From Pseudothioglobus sp. nBUS_23 (GTDB taxonomy: Bacteria; Pseudomonadota; Gammaproteobacteria; PS1; Pseudothioglobaceae), in NCBI RefSeq assembly GCF_051201565.1, contig NZ_CP179200.1:300001-332000 (forward strand): 32,000 nucleotides of DNA, given 5' to 3'. Position 1 is the stretch's first letter. Each line of letters starts with the position of its first letter. Below are positions 24,307 through 32,000 of the stretch, in pieces. The notes under the pieces were generated by a model. That model was given only the letters and a program-made list of their open reading frames with translations, searched no databases and was not told where the DNA came from. Made by a program: the position numbers and the translations under genes.

Positions 24307-26130
24307 GTGGAGAAAGCCTTGTCGAAAATAGGCGCACTCGTTGCATACAAAGGAAGGCCAGCTCAAGTTGTTTCTTCAACGACTCATAAGTATGTGATTA
24401 GTTTTTCAGATGGAAGCAGGCAAAAAGTAAGAGAGAAAGATTTCCGATTCATTCATCCAGAGTTTTCATCAGTTCATAGCAACTGTCCTGAGGTTGATAC
24501 TTCAATTTTAAATGACTTGGATGTTGATTCTTTGTCGCTTCAAGAGTTAACAGAATGGCTTTTTGATGACTTTACAGGTCAAAATGCCTGGTTTGTAAAC
24601 CTCATGTCAGAAGATGGCTTGTATTTTTATTGGAATAAAAATATTTTAGCCTTAAGGCCGTTAGCTCAAATTCAAGCTATCAAATTAAGTAGACAAGAGA
24701 AAGCTTTGGAGGAAGAGAGCCTTCAAAGGTGTGTTGATCATTTAAGAAAAGACTATTTTGAAAATAATGATATTTCCTGGATTCATGAAATAGAACAGGT
24801 TGCCTACAACCAATCAAAACACTCAAAGGCAATGAGTGCAATGTCAATTGACAATACTCCAGAAAACGCACATCGACTTTTGATAAAAATCAAGTATTGG
24901 TCAGAATTTAAAAATCCATATCCACAAAGAAACAAGATTTATAACGATGAAGACTTAGCATTTAATGAAAGCATTAAAGATAGAAAAGACTTAACTCACC
25001 TTACATGTTTTGCTATAGATAACTTTGATTCAAGTGATGCAGATGACGCAATCAGTATTGAAGACGATCGAGTTTGGATTCATATTGCAGATGTAGCAAG
25101 CTATGTTGATATCAATAGTGACCTTGATTTATTTGCCCAAAAAAGAGCATCAAACCTCTATCTTCCTGATCAAATCGTTCATATGCTTCCACCCAAAATT
25201 TCTGAAGTCTGTTCACTTGGAGTAAATGAGATATCTAATGCAATTTCGGTTGGTTTTTTAATGAATGATTCTGAAATAAGTGGTATTGAAATACATTTGA
25301 GTCAAATCAGGGTGACAAAAATGAGCTATGAGGAGGCAGATAAATCCTTATATGAAAATATCTGGCTTTCAAAACTTAACGAAATTGCTAAAGAGCATAA
25401 AAAATATAGAGAAAGCACAGGCGCGTTAAGACTAAATCTGCCCAAAACCGATATAAAGGTTAAAGACCAGAGGGTCTTAGTTTTCCCTCAAATAGAGAGT
25501 GAAAGTAGAGAGATGGTGTCAGAAATGATGGTTTTAGCGGGGCGCGTCATTTCCAAGTATTCAATTGAAAACAATATTTCAATGCCTTATTTATCACAAG
25601 CATCAGGAAAGTTTTCTGATGAAATTATTGAGAATATTCATAATCTCTCATTATCTAAGGCCTTTGAGGCTGCGAAGGGTCTTAGTCGCTCTAAGTTATC
25701 AGTTAAACCATCCATGCATTCTAGTTTGGGTCTGGAGGCCTACATAAGGGTTACAAGTCCTATGAGGCGCTATTTAGATTTAATTGTTCAACATCAGCTC
25801 ATTAATTACATATCAGGTCTTGAGCTTTTGAGTGAAGATGATATCAAAAGTAGAATCAAAGTTAACAATGCTTCGATGTCTAAAATTAATAAAGCAATTC
25901 GTCAAAGTGTTGAGCACTTTAGGTGCCTATATTTTAAGCAAGATAGAAGTTGGGAAGGGGAAGGGATTGTTATTGAGATTAGTGGAAATAAAGCTAGGCT
26001 AATAATCCCTGAATTTGCAATGATTACTCAAGTAAAAGTTAAAACAAAGCCTAAATTGGAAGATAAAATCAATTTAAAGGTAAGTTCAATTGATCTTTTT
26101 GAAAGGTTGGTTGATTTCAAGCCACTCTAG
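24307..26130 (+). CDS. RNB-domain 3'-5' exoribonuclease (RNase II family)
   Basis: RNB motifs DNFDSSDADDAISIE and RVTSPMRRYLDLIVQHQL, plus a C-terminal S1-like segment. The start is ambiguous: GTG at 24307, or TTG at 24319 preceded by GGAG. Confidence 0.85.
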   Translation: MEKALSKIGALVAYKGRPAQVVSSTTHKYVISFSDGSRQKVREKDFRFIHPEFSSVHSNCPEVDTSILNDLDVDSLSLQELTEWLFDDFTGQNAWFVNLMSEDGLYFYWNKNILALRPLAQIQAIKLSRQEKALEEESLQRCVDHLRKDYFENNDISWIHEIEQVAYNQSKHSKAMSAMSIDNTPENAHRLLIKIKYWSEFKNPYPQRNKIYNDEDLAFNESIKDRKDLTHLTCFAIDNFDSSDADDAISIEDDRVWIHIADVASYVDINSDLDLFAQKRASNLYLPDQIVHMLPPKISEVCSLGVNEISNAISVGFLMNDSEISGIEIHLSQIRVTKMSYEEADKSLYENIWLSKLNEIAKEHKKYRESTGALRLNLPKTDIKVKDQRVLVFPQIESESREMVSEMMVLAGRVISKYSIENNISMPYLSQASGKFSDEIIENIHNLSLSKAFEAAKGLSRSKLSVKPSMHSSLGLEAYIRVTSPMRRYLDLIVQHQLINYISGLELLSEDDIKSRIKVNNASMSKINKAIRQSVEHFRCLYFKQDRSWEGEGIVIEISGNKARLIIPEFAMITQVKVKTKPKLEDKINLKVSSIDLFERLVDFKPL

Positions 26131-26814
26131 TTTATCTGTAATCTTAATTGCGTTGCCTTTAGCGTTTGACCAGTCACCAAGTACGTGCCTTGTATATTTT
26201 TCTCCAATGTGTGTTTTTTGTCTATGGGTATGGCCATGAATCAGTTCAAAGCCTGGATAGTTTGACATCAATAAATCTGTAGTTTCTTGATTAACATCCA
26301 TTAATTCCTCAGTTTTATATTTCTGAGCTTCAATACTTTTCTTTCTAAGTTGTCCAGTTAATTTAAGTCGTATGTTTTTAGAGAGTTTTAAAAAAATGAA
26401 CTGTGTAATCGGGCTTCTTAAAATTCTTTTTAATTTTTGATAGTTAATATCATCAGTGCAGAGGCTATCCCCATGAATCAACAAAAATTTATTTGTATTG
26501 AGCTCGAGAATATATGGTTCACTGATAAGCTGACAGCCAGATTTTAATTCAAACTGTTTCGAAAGTAAAAAATCACGATTACCAGCCATAATAAAGACTT
26601 TTGTGTCTTGACTTAAGTCTCTGAGAGTATTAATAATTTTTTTATAACTTGCCAGTGATACATCATCTCCAATCCAGGTATTAAAAAGGTCACCTAGAAT
26701 AAATAATTGATCAGCTTTTGAAGCATATTTTTTGCAAAAATTAGCAAAAAAATCAATTTTATCTTCCTCTATACTCGTTAGATGAAGGTCAGAGATGATC
26801 AGTGTTGTATGCAT
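26086..26814 (-). CDS. lpxH: UDP-2,3-diacylglucosamine diphosphatase
   Basis: Calcineurin-like metallophosphoesterase motifs ISDLHL, GDLF, GNRD, HGD and GHTH. It lies downstream of ppiB, as in E. coli. Confidence 0.9.
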   Translation of the reverse strand: MHTTLIISDLHLTSIEEDKIDFFANFCKKYASKADQLFILGDLFNTWIGDDVSLASYKKIINTLRDLSQDTKVFIMAGNRDFLLSKQFELKSGCQLISEPYILELNTNKFLLIHGDSLCTDDINYQKLKRILRSPITQFIFLKLSKNIRLKLTGQLRKKSIEAQKYKTEELMDVNQETTDLLMSNYPGFELIHGHTHRQKTHIGEKYTRHVLGDWSNAKGNAIKITDKLEWLEINQPFKKIN

Positions 26815-26851
26815 AAATCAAATGTAAGACTAACTCTAATATAAAGGGAAT

Positions 26852-27340
26852 CTATTCACTAATTAATGCCTTATTGATGATTACTGCCTCCCCTGGGACA
26901 TCGGCATGCCCTCCAAGATTAATGGTTTCAACTTTTTCAATTTTGTCCACAACGTCTTGACCAGCAACAACCTCACCGAATACGCAATAACCCCAACCGT
27001 CTTGGCCAGGAAAGTCTAAAAATTGATTATCATTAGTATTAATAAAAAACTGTGAGCTTGCAGAATGTGGAGCCATTGTTCTAGCCATTGCAACACTGTA
27101 TTTGACATTTTTTAGACCATTTTTAGCTTCATTTTCGATATTAGCTTTAGTTGTTTTTTGATGCATATCCTCAGTCATACCTCCGCCTTGAATCATAAAG
27201 TTTGGAATAACCCTATGGAAAATAGTGCCGTCAAAAAAACCTTCTTCCACGTAGTCAGTGAAGTTTTTTGCAGTAATTGGTGCTTTTTCAGCGTCTACAG
27301 TGATGTGAATTTCACCCATATTAGTCTCTAAAATAATCAT
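26852..27340 (-). CDS. ppiB: Peptidyl-prolyl cis-trans isomerase B (cyclophilin type)
   Basis: FHRVIPNFMIQGGG, SQFFIN and the GYCVFGEV cyclophilin signature. 162 aa. Confidence 0.92.
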   Translation of the reverse strand: MIILETNMGEIHITVDAEKAPITAKNFTDYVEEGFFDGTIFHRVIPNFMIQGGGMTEDMHQKTTKANIENEAKNGLKNVKYSVAMARTMAPHSASSQFFINTNDNQFLDFPGQDGWGYCVFGEVVAGQDVVDKIEKVETINLGGHADVPGEAVIINKALISE

Positions 27341-27396
27341 GTGTAATCTCGGTTAATTAAAAAGATAGAATTATAACTTATTTCATTAACACCACT

Positions 27397-27424
27397 TTCA
27401 TTAAGAGCAGTGTTCAAGTATAAT
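27397..27424 (+). promoter_or_regulatory. Candidate promoter for rplU-rpmA: weak -35 TTCATT, 16-nt spacer, perfect -10 TATAAT at 27419-27424
   Basis: Hexamers read directly from the sequence. The -35 is poor, so confidence is low. Confidence 0.3.
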
Positions 27425-27458
27425 TCACCCTTTTTTTGCAAACAGATTAGGATTTGTT

Positions 27459-27770
27459 ATGTACGCAGTAATTAAAACCGGTGGAAAGCAGTATAAAGTT
27501 TCTGAAGGTGAGACACTTAAAATTGAGAAGCTTGAAGTTGAGCCTGGTAAAAAAGTAACATTTGATGAAGTACTGATGGTTGCCGATGGAGATAAGGTTC
27601 AAGTTGGATCACCACTTGTAGAAAAGGCAAGCGTTGAGGCTAAAGTGATTTCTCAAGGTAAAGGTAAAAAAGTACATATTCTTAAATTCAAACGCCGTAA
27701 GCATTCTATGAAGCAACAAGGGCATCGTCAGTTGTTTACAGAAGTTCAGATCGGTAAAATTAAGGCATAA
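27459..27770 (+). CDS. rplU: 50S ribosomal protein L21
   Basis: [15 protein letters not shown]-terminus. 103 aa. Followed by rpmA. Confidence 0.96.
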   Translation: MYAVIKTGGKQYKVSEGETLKIEKLEVEPGKKVTFDEVLMVADGDKVQVGSPLVEKASVEAKVISQGKGKKVHILKFKRRKHSMKQQGHRQLFTEVQIGKIKA

Positions 27771-27780
27771 GGAGTTAACT

Positions 27781-28038
27781 ATGGCACATAAAAAAGCAGG
27801 CGGTAGTACAAATAATGGTAGAGATTCGGTATCTAAAAGACTTGGTGTAAAGCGCTTTGGTGGCCAGTCTGTTTTGGCGGGAAATATTCTTGTTCGTCAG
27901 AGGGGCACTAAGTTTCATCCTGGAACCAATGTCAAGAAAGGTAAAGATGATACCTTGTTTGCTGTTGCAGATGGTAAAGTGCAATTTGAAAAGAAAGGTA
28001 AATTTAATCGCCAGTATGTTTCAATTCAAACTGCTTAA
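27781..28038 (+). CDS. rpmA: 50S ribosomal protein L27
   Basis: [23 protein letters not shown]-terminus. Strong AAGGAG Shine-Dalgarno upstream. Confidence 0.96.
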   Translation: MAHKKAGGSTNNGRDSVSKRLGVKRFGGQSVLAGNILVRQRGTKFHPGTNVKKGKDDTLFAVADGKVQFEKKGKFNRQYVSIQTA

Positions 28039-28066
28039 AAAAAATAGCATTTAATTTATCTTAAAA

Positions 28067-28087
28067 AGCGCCTTATGGCGCTTTTTT
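28067..28087 (+). terminator. Rho-independent terminator after rpmA
   Basis: AGCGCC-TTAT-GGCGCT stem-loop followed by TTTTTT. Confidence 0.7.
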
Positions 28088-28117
28088 ATTAATAATCCTT
28101 TTATAATTACTACTAAT

Positions 28118-29053
28118 ATGAAATATTCAATTGTATTCCCAGGTCAAGGATCTCAATCATTAGGGATGCTCTCTGACTTAAATCAAAATTTCACTATTAT
28201 TAATGACACTTTTCAAGAGGCCAGTGATGCAATCAATGTGGATCTTTGGAAGATAGCTAATGAAGACCAGGCGGCACTTAATCTCACAGAAAATACGCAG
28301 CCAGTCATGTTAGCTGCTGGTTATGCTACTTATAAAATTCTATCTGAAGAAATCAGTCTTGCGCCTGAATCGATGGCTGGTCATAGTCTCGGTGAATATA
28401 CAGCGCTTGTGGCATCAAAATCTTTAAATTTTTTTGATGCGATAAGGTTAGTTAGAAAAAGGGGTGAGGTTATGCAGTCTGCTGTTCCCAATGGAGCTGG
28501 TTCAATGGCAGCCATCCTTGGCCTTGATGACGATCTAATAATCGAAAAATGCTTAAATGCAAGTGACAAAGGTGTTGTAGAGGCGGTTAATTTTAATTCA
28601 CCAGGTCAAGTTGTTATTGCTGGTGAAAAAGAAGCTGTGACTTATGCATGTGAGCTTTTAAAAGAGGCTGGAGCAAAAAGAGCATTAGTTCTTCCAGTCA
28701 GTGTGCCATCTCACTGCTCTTTAATGAAAGATGCTGCGAATGAATTTAGAAACTCAGTGGATAGTATTGAATTTAGAATGAACGATGTTAAAGTGATTCA
28801 CAATGTTGATGCAGAGTATTCGAAAAATATTGAAGAAATTAAGTCCAAGTTGGTTGAGCAGCTATATAGACCAGTACTTTGGACATCATCTGTTCTAAAA
28901 ATGAGAAAGTTAGGTGTTGACAGGCTTATTGAGGCTGGCCCTGGGAAAGTTTTATCCGGTCTTACAAGGCGAATAGATAAATCACTAAGTGCTTCAGCTA
29001 TAATAGATGTTAATTCATTAAAATCTACGATTGAGGATATTTCAAATGCTTGA
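28118..29053 (+). CDS. fabD: Malonyl-CoA:ACP transacylase
   Basis: FPGQGSQ, the GHSLGEY active-site Ser motif, and VSVPSHC. 311 aa. Confidence 0.93.
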   Translation: MKYSIVFPGQGSQSLGMLSDLNQNFTIINDTFQEASDAINVDLWKIANEDQAALNLTENTQPVMLAAGYATYKILSEEISLAPESMAGHSLGEYTALVASKSLNFFDAIRLVRKRGEVMQSAVPNGAGSMAAILGLDDDLIIEKCLNASDKGVVEAVNFNSPGQVVIAGEKEAVTYACELLKEAGAKRALVLPVSVPSHCSLMKDAANEFRNSVDSIEFRMNDVKVIHNVDAEYSKNIEEIKSKLVEQLYRPVLWTSSVLKMRKLGVDRLIEAGPGKVLSGLTRRIDKSLSASAIIDVNSLKSTIEDISNA

Positions 29054-29786
29054 GGGGAAAATAGTTCTTGTTACTGGTGCCACTAGAGGAATTGGAAAAG
29101 CAATCGCATTAACTCTAGGTAGTTCAGGCGCAACTGTAATTGGAACAGCTACTTCTAAAGCGGGTGCAGAAAATATTTCTAAAATGCTAGTTGATAATCA
29201 AATTTTAGGAAAAGGCATTGTGCTTGATGTTAAGAATAATGATCAAATCGCTAGTCTTGGAGAGGGCATAAAAAAAGATTTTGGATCAATTGATATATTA
29301 GTTAATAATGCTGGTATTACTAGAGATAATATTCTTTTAAGAATGAAGGAAGATGAGTGGGAAGATATTATCAATACTAATCTTTCTTCGGTTTATAAGA
29401 TGTCAAAATCAGTTCTGCGAGGCATGATTAAAAAACGTTCAGGCAGAATTATATCTATCACCTCAGTTGTTGGAGCAATGGGAAATGCTGGACAATCAAA
29501 TTATGCAGCAGCAAAGGCAGGCATGATCGGCTTTACAAAGTCGTTAGCTCGAGAGGTTGGAGTCCGAGGCATTACAGTCAATGCAATCGCTCCTGGTTTT
29601 ATAGAAACTGATATGACTGATAGTCTCCCAGATGACCAAAAAGAAGCTTTAGCTTCGCAAATCCCCATGGGAAGATTAGGAACTACTGATGAAATTGCTC
29701 AGGCAGTATTATTCCTTGCTGGTGATGGTGGATCGTATATTACGGGACAAACCCTGCATGTTAACGGTGGAATGTACACAGTGTAG
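29046..29786 (+). CDS. fabG: 3-oxoacyl-ACP reductase
   Basis: TGATRGIGKAIA, NNAG, the YAAAKAG (YxxxK) SDR motifs, and the tail GQTLHVNGGMY. I prefer ATG at 29046 (8-nt overlap with fabD) over the ORF-track TTG at 29031. Confidence 0.93.
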   Translation: MLEGKIVLVTGATRGIGKAIALTLGSSGATVIGTATSKAGAENISKMLVDNQILGKGIVLDVKNNDQIASLGEGIKKDFGSIDILVNNAGITRDNILLRMKEDEWEDIINTNLSSVYKMSKSVLRGMIKKRSGRIISITSVVGAMGNAGQSNYAAAKAGMIGFTKSLAREVGVRGITVNAIAPGFIETDMTDSLPDDQKEALASQIPMGRLGTTDEIAQAVLFLAGDGGSYITGQTLHVNGGMYTV

Positions 29787-29798
29787 TAATAACTATTG

Positions 29799-30251
29799 CT
29801 ATAATCTTTTTGACTTAAAAAATAATCTTAGTAACTCGCTACATTCTTTATCTAAAACCCCTCCAGTAATAGAAATTTTGTGATTAAAAAAGTTCTCTTT
29901 GTTGAGATCCATACATGAGCCACAAACGCCTGTTTTTGGGTCTGATGCACCAAACACAATTCTCTCAATACGAGCATGTATCATTGCTCCAAAGCACATT
30001 GCACATGGCTCAAGTGTTACATACAAAGTAGAGTCAACTAGTCGATAATTTTCTTTTTCCTTGCCAGCTTTTCTGAGAAGCTGAATCTCTGCATGAGCAG
30101 TTGGATCGTTATTTTTAATGGGTTGATTATGAGCTTGAGCAATTATTTTTTCATTTTGAACCAAGACAGATCCTACTGGAATTTCATTTTCTTTCATTGC
30201 TAATTTAGCCTCATTAATAGCAACTTTCATCCATTTTTCATCATTATTCAT
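29799..30251 (-). CDS. tadA: tRNA adenosine(34) deaminase
   Basis: CDA-fold zinc motifs HAEIQLLR and PCAMCFGA. 150 aa. Confidence 0.9.
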   Translation of the reverse strand: MNNDEKWMKVAINEAKLAMKENEIPVGSVLVQNEKIIAQAHNQPIKNNDPTAHAEIQLLRKAGKEKENYRLVDSTLYVTLEPCAMCFGAMIHARIERIVFGASDPKTGVCGSCMDLNKENFFNHKISITGGVLDKECSELLRLFFKSKRL

Positions 30252-30273
30252 AGAATTTTTATTGATCTAAAGA

Positions 30274-30894
30274 TTAAAGCCAGCCACCTTGAGACGCAAG
30301 TTTATAAGAAATCACAAACATAATAAATGCTATTATGAGATCGAGAGTTCTCCAATGTTTAGGTTGTTGCATTATAGGAGTAAGTATCTTGCTACCATAT
30401 CCAAGAGAAAAAAACCATAAAAAACTTGCACTACAGGCACCGATTGCGAAATATATCCTGTTGATACCAAAAAATTGCTGAGATATTGAGCCAATTAAGA
30501 TTACAGTATCAAGATAGACATGTGGGTTTAAAAAAGTAAAAATACTAATAATTGAAATTGAACTAAGAAGGTTAGGTGCTTCATAGCTTGGGACAGCTAA
30601 AGATGAATTTGTCTTGAATGCTGAACTAAGTCTTATTACTCCATAAGCAAAAAGCCAAAGTGATGCTAAACCAAAAATTATTTTTGAATACTCATAAAAA
30701 AAATTGTTCAAGAAATATGAAATACCTATAACCCCAAGAAAAATAAGAAAGCTATCAGCGAGTGAACAAAATAATGAAATATAAAAGATATGGTGTCTAA
30801 GAATTCCTTGTCTTAAAACAAAAGCATTTTGAGCACCAATAGCAACTATTAATGTTAGTCCCAATATAAAGCCAGTAATTAGAGCATCAGTCAC
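30274..30894 (-). CDS. argO: LysE/ArgO-family basic amino acid exporter
   Basis: GAQNAFVLRQG, LNPHVYLDT and SASFLWFF parallel E. coli ArgO motifs. GTG start with GAGGA 9 nt upstream. Confidence 0.8.
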   Translation of the reverse strand: MTDALITGFILGLTLIVAIGAQNAFVLRQGILRHHIFYISLFCSLADSFLIFLGVIGISYFLNNFFYEYSKIIFGLASLWLFAYGVIRLSSAFKTNSSLAVPSYEAPNLLSSISIISIFTFLNPHVYLDTVILIGSISQQFFGINRIYFAIGACSASFLWFFSLGYGSKILTPIMQQPKHWRTLDLIIAFIMFVISYKLASQGGWL

Positions 30895-31045
30895 GAATTA
30901 ATCCTCATGAGAAAACTAGTATATTTATTTAAATCTTGTTACAAATTTATCTTTTCATTTCTTTCTGTGGTGTTAATGTATTTTGAAATATATAAGCCCA
31001 AAATTGAAGATAAAAACATTTAGATATGCAGGTAATAAAAACCAT

Positions 31046-32000
31046 TCAATCTAAATGAAGGTTTCTTTGTTCTCTTAATTTATTCCCTAGGTATTTACTA
31101 GATATATTAGTGAGATGTCCCGTATTGTCTCTATGGATTCTAACCGAGTCAATAAATGCAGAACATTTGATGCCATCCTTACATATTAGTTCATTTAATG
31201 GGTAAATCGATAGCCCCATTTTTTTTAGTTCATTAATAAACAAGTTTTGCTTATTAGAAAGATTACTTAAATTGTCAATTTGAAAATCACAATCATAGGT
31301 TTTATAGCCATGAACTAATATTTTATTGACGCATGAAGAAGGATCATAAGGTGGAGTATATGGAGGTGGAAAAATCTTAACATTTATTTGACGACTGAAG
31401 GTTTTTAAATAATTATCAAGTTGTTCTTTAAAGTACCTAGCTGTTTTAATTATTTCATCATTTGACAAATTTTTTACATAATAGAATCGACTACTAATTA
31501 TGAGATTATTGATACTACCGTTATTGCGAATGTATTCTTGAGCTTTTTGATTGAATAATTGACACTCGACTATTGAATTAGCTCCCCTACTAGAGTCTGG
31601 CATTTCAAGTTGGCTAAGAAAAGGAGGGCAACTTGGTAAAGAAATTTGAGCAGTTGAGCCTTCTTCATTTAATTGGACAAATTCAATTGCATGTTGAGCA
31701 TAGCTATCACCCCAAACTATATTATTAGCTGACAGATTGCCATCATCATTAAAATCACGAAAGCCGCATTCAGGCGTTATATTAAAACCACCCTTACAAC
31801 TGATGTAGCCAATTGGTGCATTTCTTGGATCATTGTAATTATCATAACCATAATATTTATAGGGCTTTCCATCTTCTGTAATTTGATATAAAAAATAGTC
31901 TGAGTTATTTTGAATTGCTTTACCAATTATTATAGGAATCAGTAATGCAAGAATTGAATAAACAAAAATCTTATCCCTTGTTAAGAAGTTTTTATTCCTG
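31046..32000 (-). CDS. C-terminal SGNH-hydrolase domain of an acyltransferase-3 (OafA/YrhL-like) protein. The 5' end lies beyond the window.
   Basis: The reading frame is open from 31999 to the stop at 31046 (checked by manual translation). A TM segment IFVYSILALLIPIIIG is followed by the IVWGDSYAQH block typical of the SGNH extension of acyltransferase-3 proteins. The ORF-track Met at 31603 is internal. Confidence 0.7.
   Translation of the reverse strand, partial: RNKNFLTRDKIFVYSILALLIPIIIGKAIQNNSDYFLYQITEDGKPYKYYGYDNYNDPRNAPIGYISCKGGFNITPECGFRDFNDDGNLSANNIVWGDSYAQHAIEFVQLNEEGSTAQISLPSCPPFLSQLEMPDSSRGANSIVECQLFNQKAQEYIRNNGSINNLIISSRFYYVKNLSNDEIIKTARYFKEQLDNYLKTFSRQINVKIFPPPYTPPYDPSSCVNKILVHGYKTYDCDFQIDNLSNLSNKQNLFINELKKMGLSIYPLNELICKDGIKCSAFIDSVRIHRDNTGHLTNISSKYLGNKLREQRNLHLD

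Noticed and set aside
27775-28054. ORFs 27775..27984 (-) and 27857..28054 (+) overlapping rpmA.
   Set aside because: They are alternative-frame or antisense ORFs within the unambiguous L27 gene.
30939-31019. 26-codon minus-strand ORF (MFLSSILGLYISKYINTTERNEKINL) in the 151-nt gap upstream of argO, considered as a leader peptide or small membrane protein.
   Set aside because: It has no Shine-Dalgarno sequence, no Arg/Lys codon run that would suggest attenuation, and such short ORFs are expected by chance in AT-rich DNA.
1-32000. Scanned for mobile elements, prophage genes, CRISPR arrays, toxin-antitoxin pairs, restriction-modification systems or other defence islands.
   Set aside because: No transposase, integrase, recombinase, reverse transcriptase, nuclease-NTPase pairs, repeat-spacer arrays or long terminal repeats were seen. 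Every ORF of 100 aa or more that is not a shadow ORF has a plausible housekeeping, transport or envelope assignment.

Overview
This window is a densely packed, housekeeping-type chromosomal segment from an AT-rich Gammaproteobacterium. The lineage call rests on LpxH, CmoA, a YibN-like rhodanese, a XanQ-like permease and E. coli-like ppiB-lpxH synteny. I support 35 protein-coding genes (two cut by the window edges), one tRNA-Leu(UAA), several intrinsic terminators and a few promoter or operator candidates. Gene content: deaD; a trx-like/tcdA/tatD operon; an EptA/MCR-family phosphoethanolamine transferase; rplM-rpsI; a Bax-like glucosaminidase; an ABCB-type exporter; gpsA; yibN-like; pabA/trpG; cmoA; ubiC; recG; ridA; an MFS transporter; a four-gene PotABCD-family ABC importer; a xanthine-type NCS2 permease; an alpha/beta hydrolase; PP0621-family/yciB/RNB ribonuclease; lpxH-ppiB; rplU-rpmA; fabD-fabG; tadA; a LysE/ArgO exporter; and the SGNH tail of an acyltransferase. 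I see no transposase, integrase, phage gene, CRISPR array, toxin-antitoxin pair or recognisable defence gene. I could not find convincing evidence for a new multi-gene system, and I read this as an ordinary core region. The leads worth a second look are modest. First, the ABC importer has expanded, Cys-bearing periplasmic loops in both permeases, no assignable substrate, and a strong intercistronic hairpin after its binding-protein gene. Second, a 23-bp palindromic operator candidate lies in front of the xanthine permease. Third, ubiC-cmoA-pabA form a chorismate/prephenate-linked trio. Fourth, YciB carries a roughly 40-residue insertion. Fifth, the RNB ribonuclease gene and lpxH overlap convergently by 45 nt. 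All functional calls come from motif and family recognition by eye; no database search was run.
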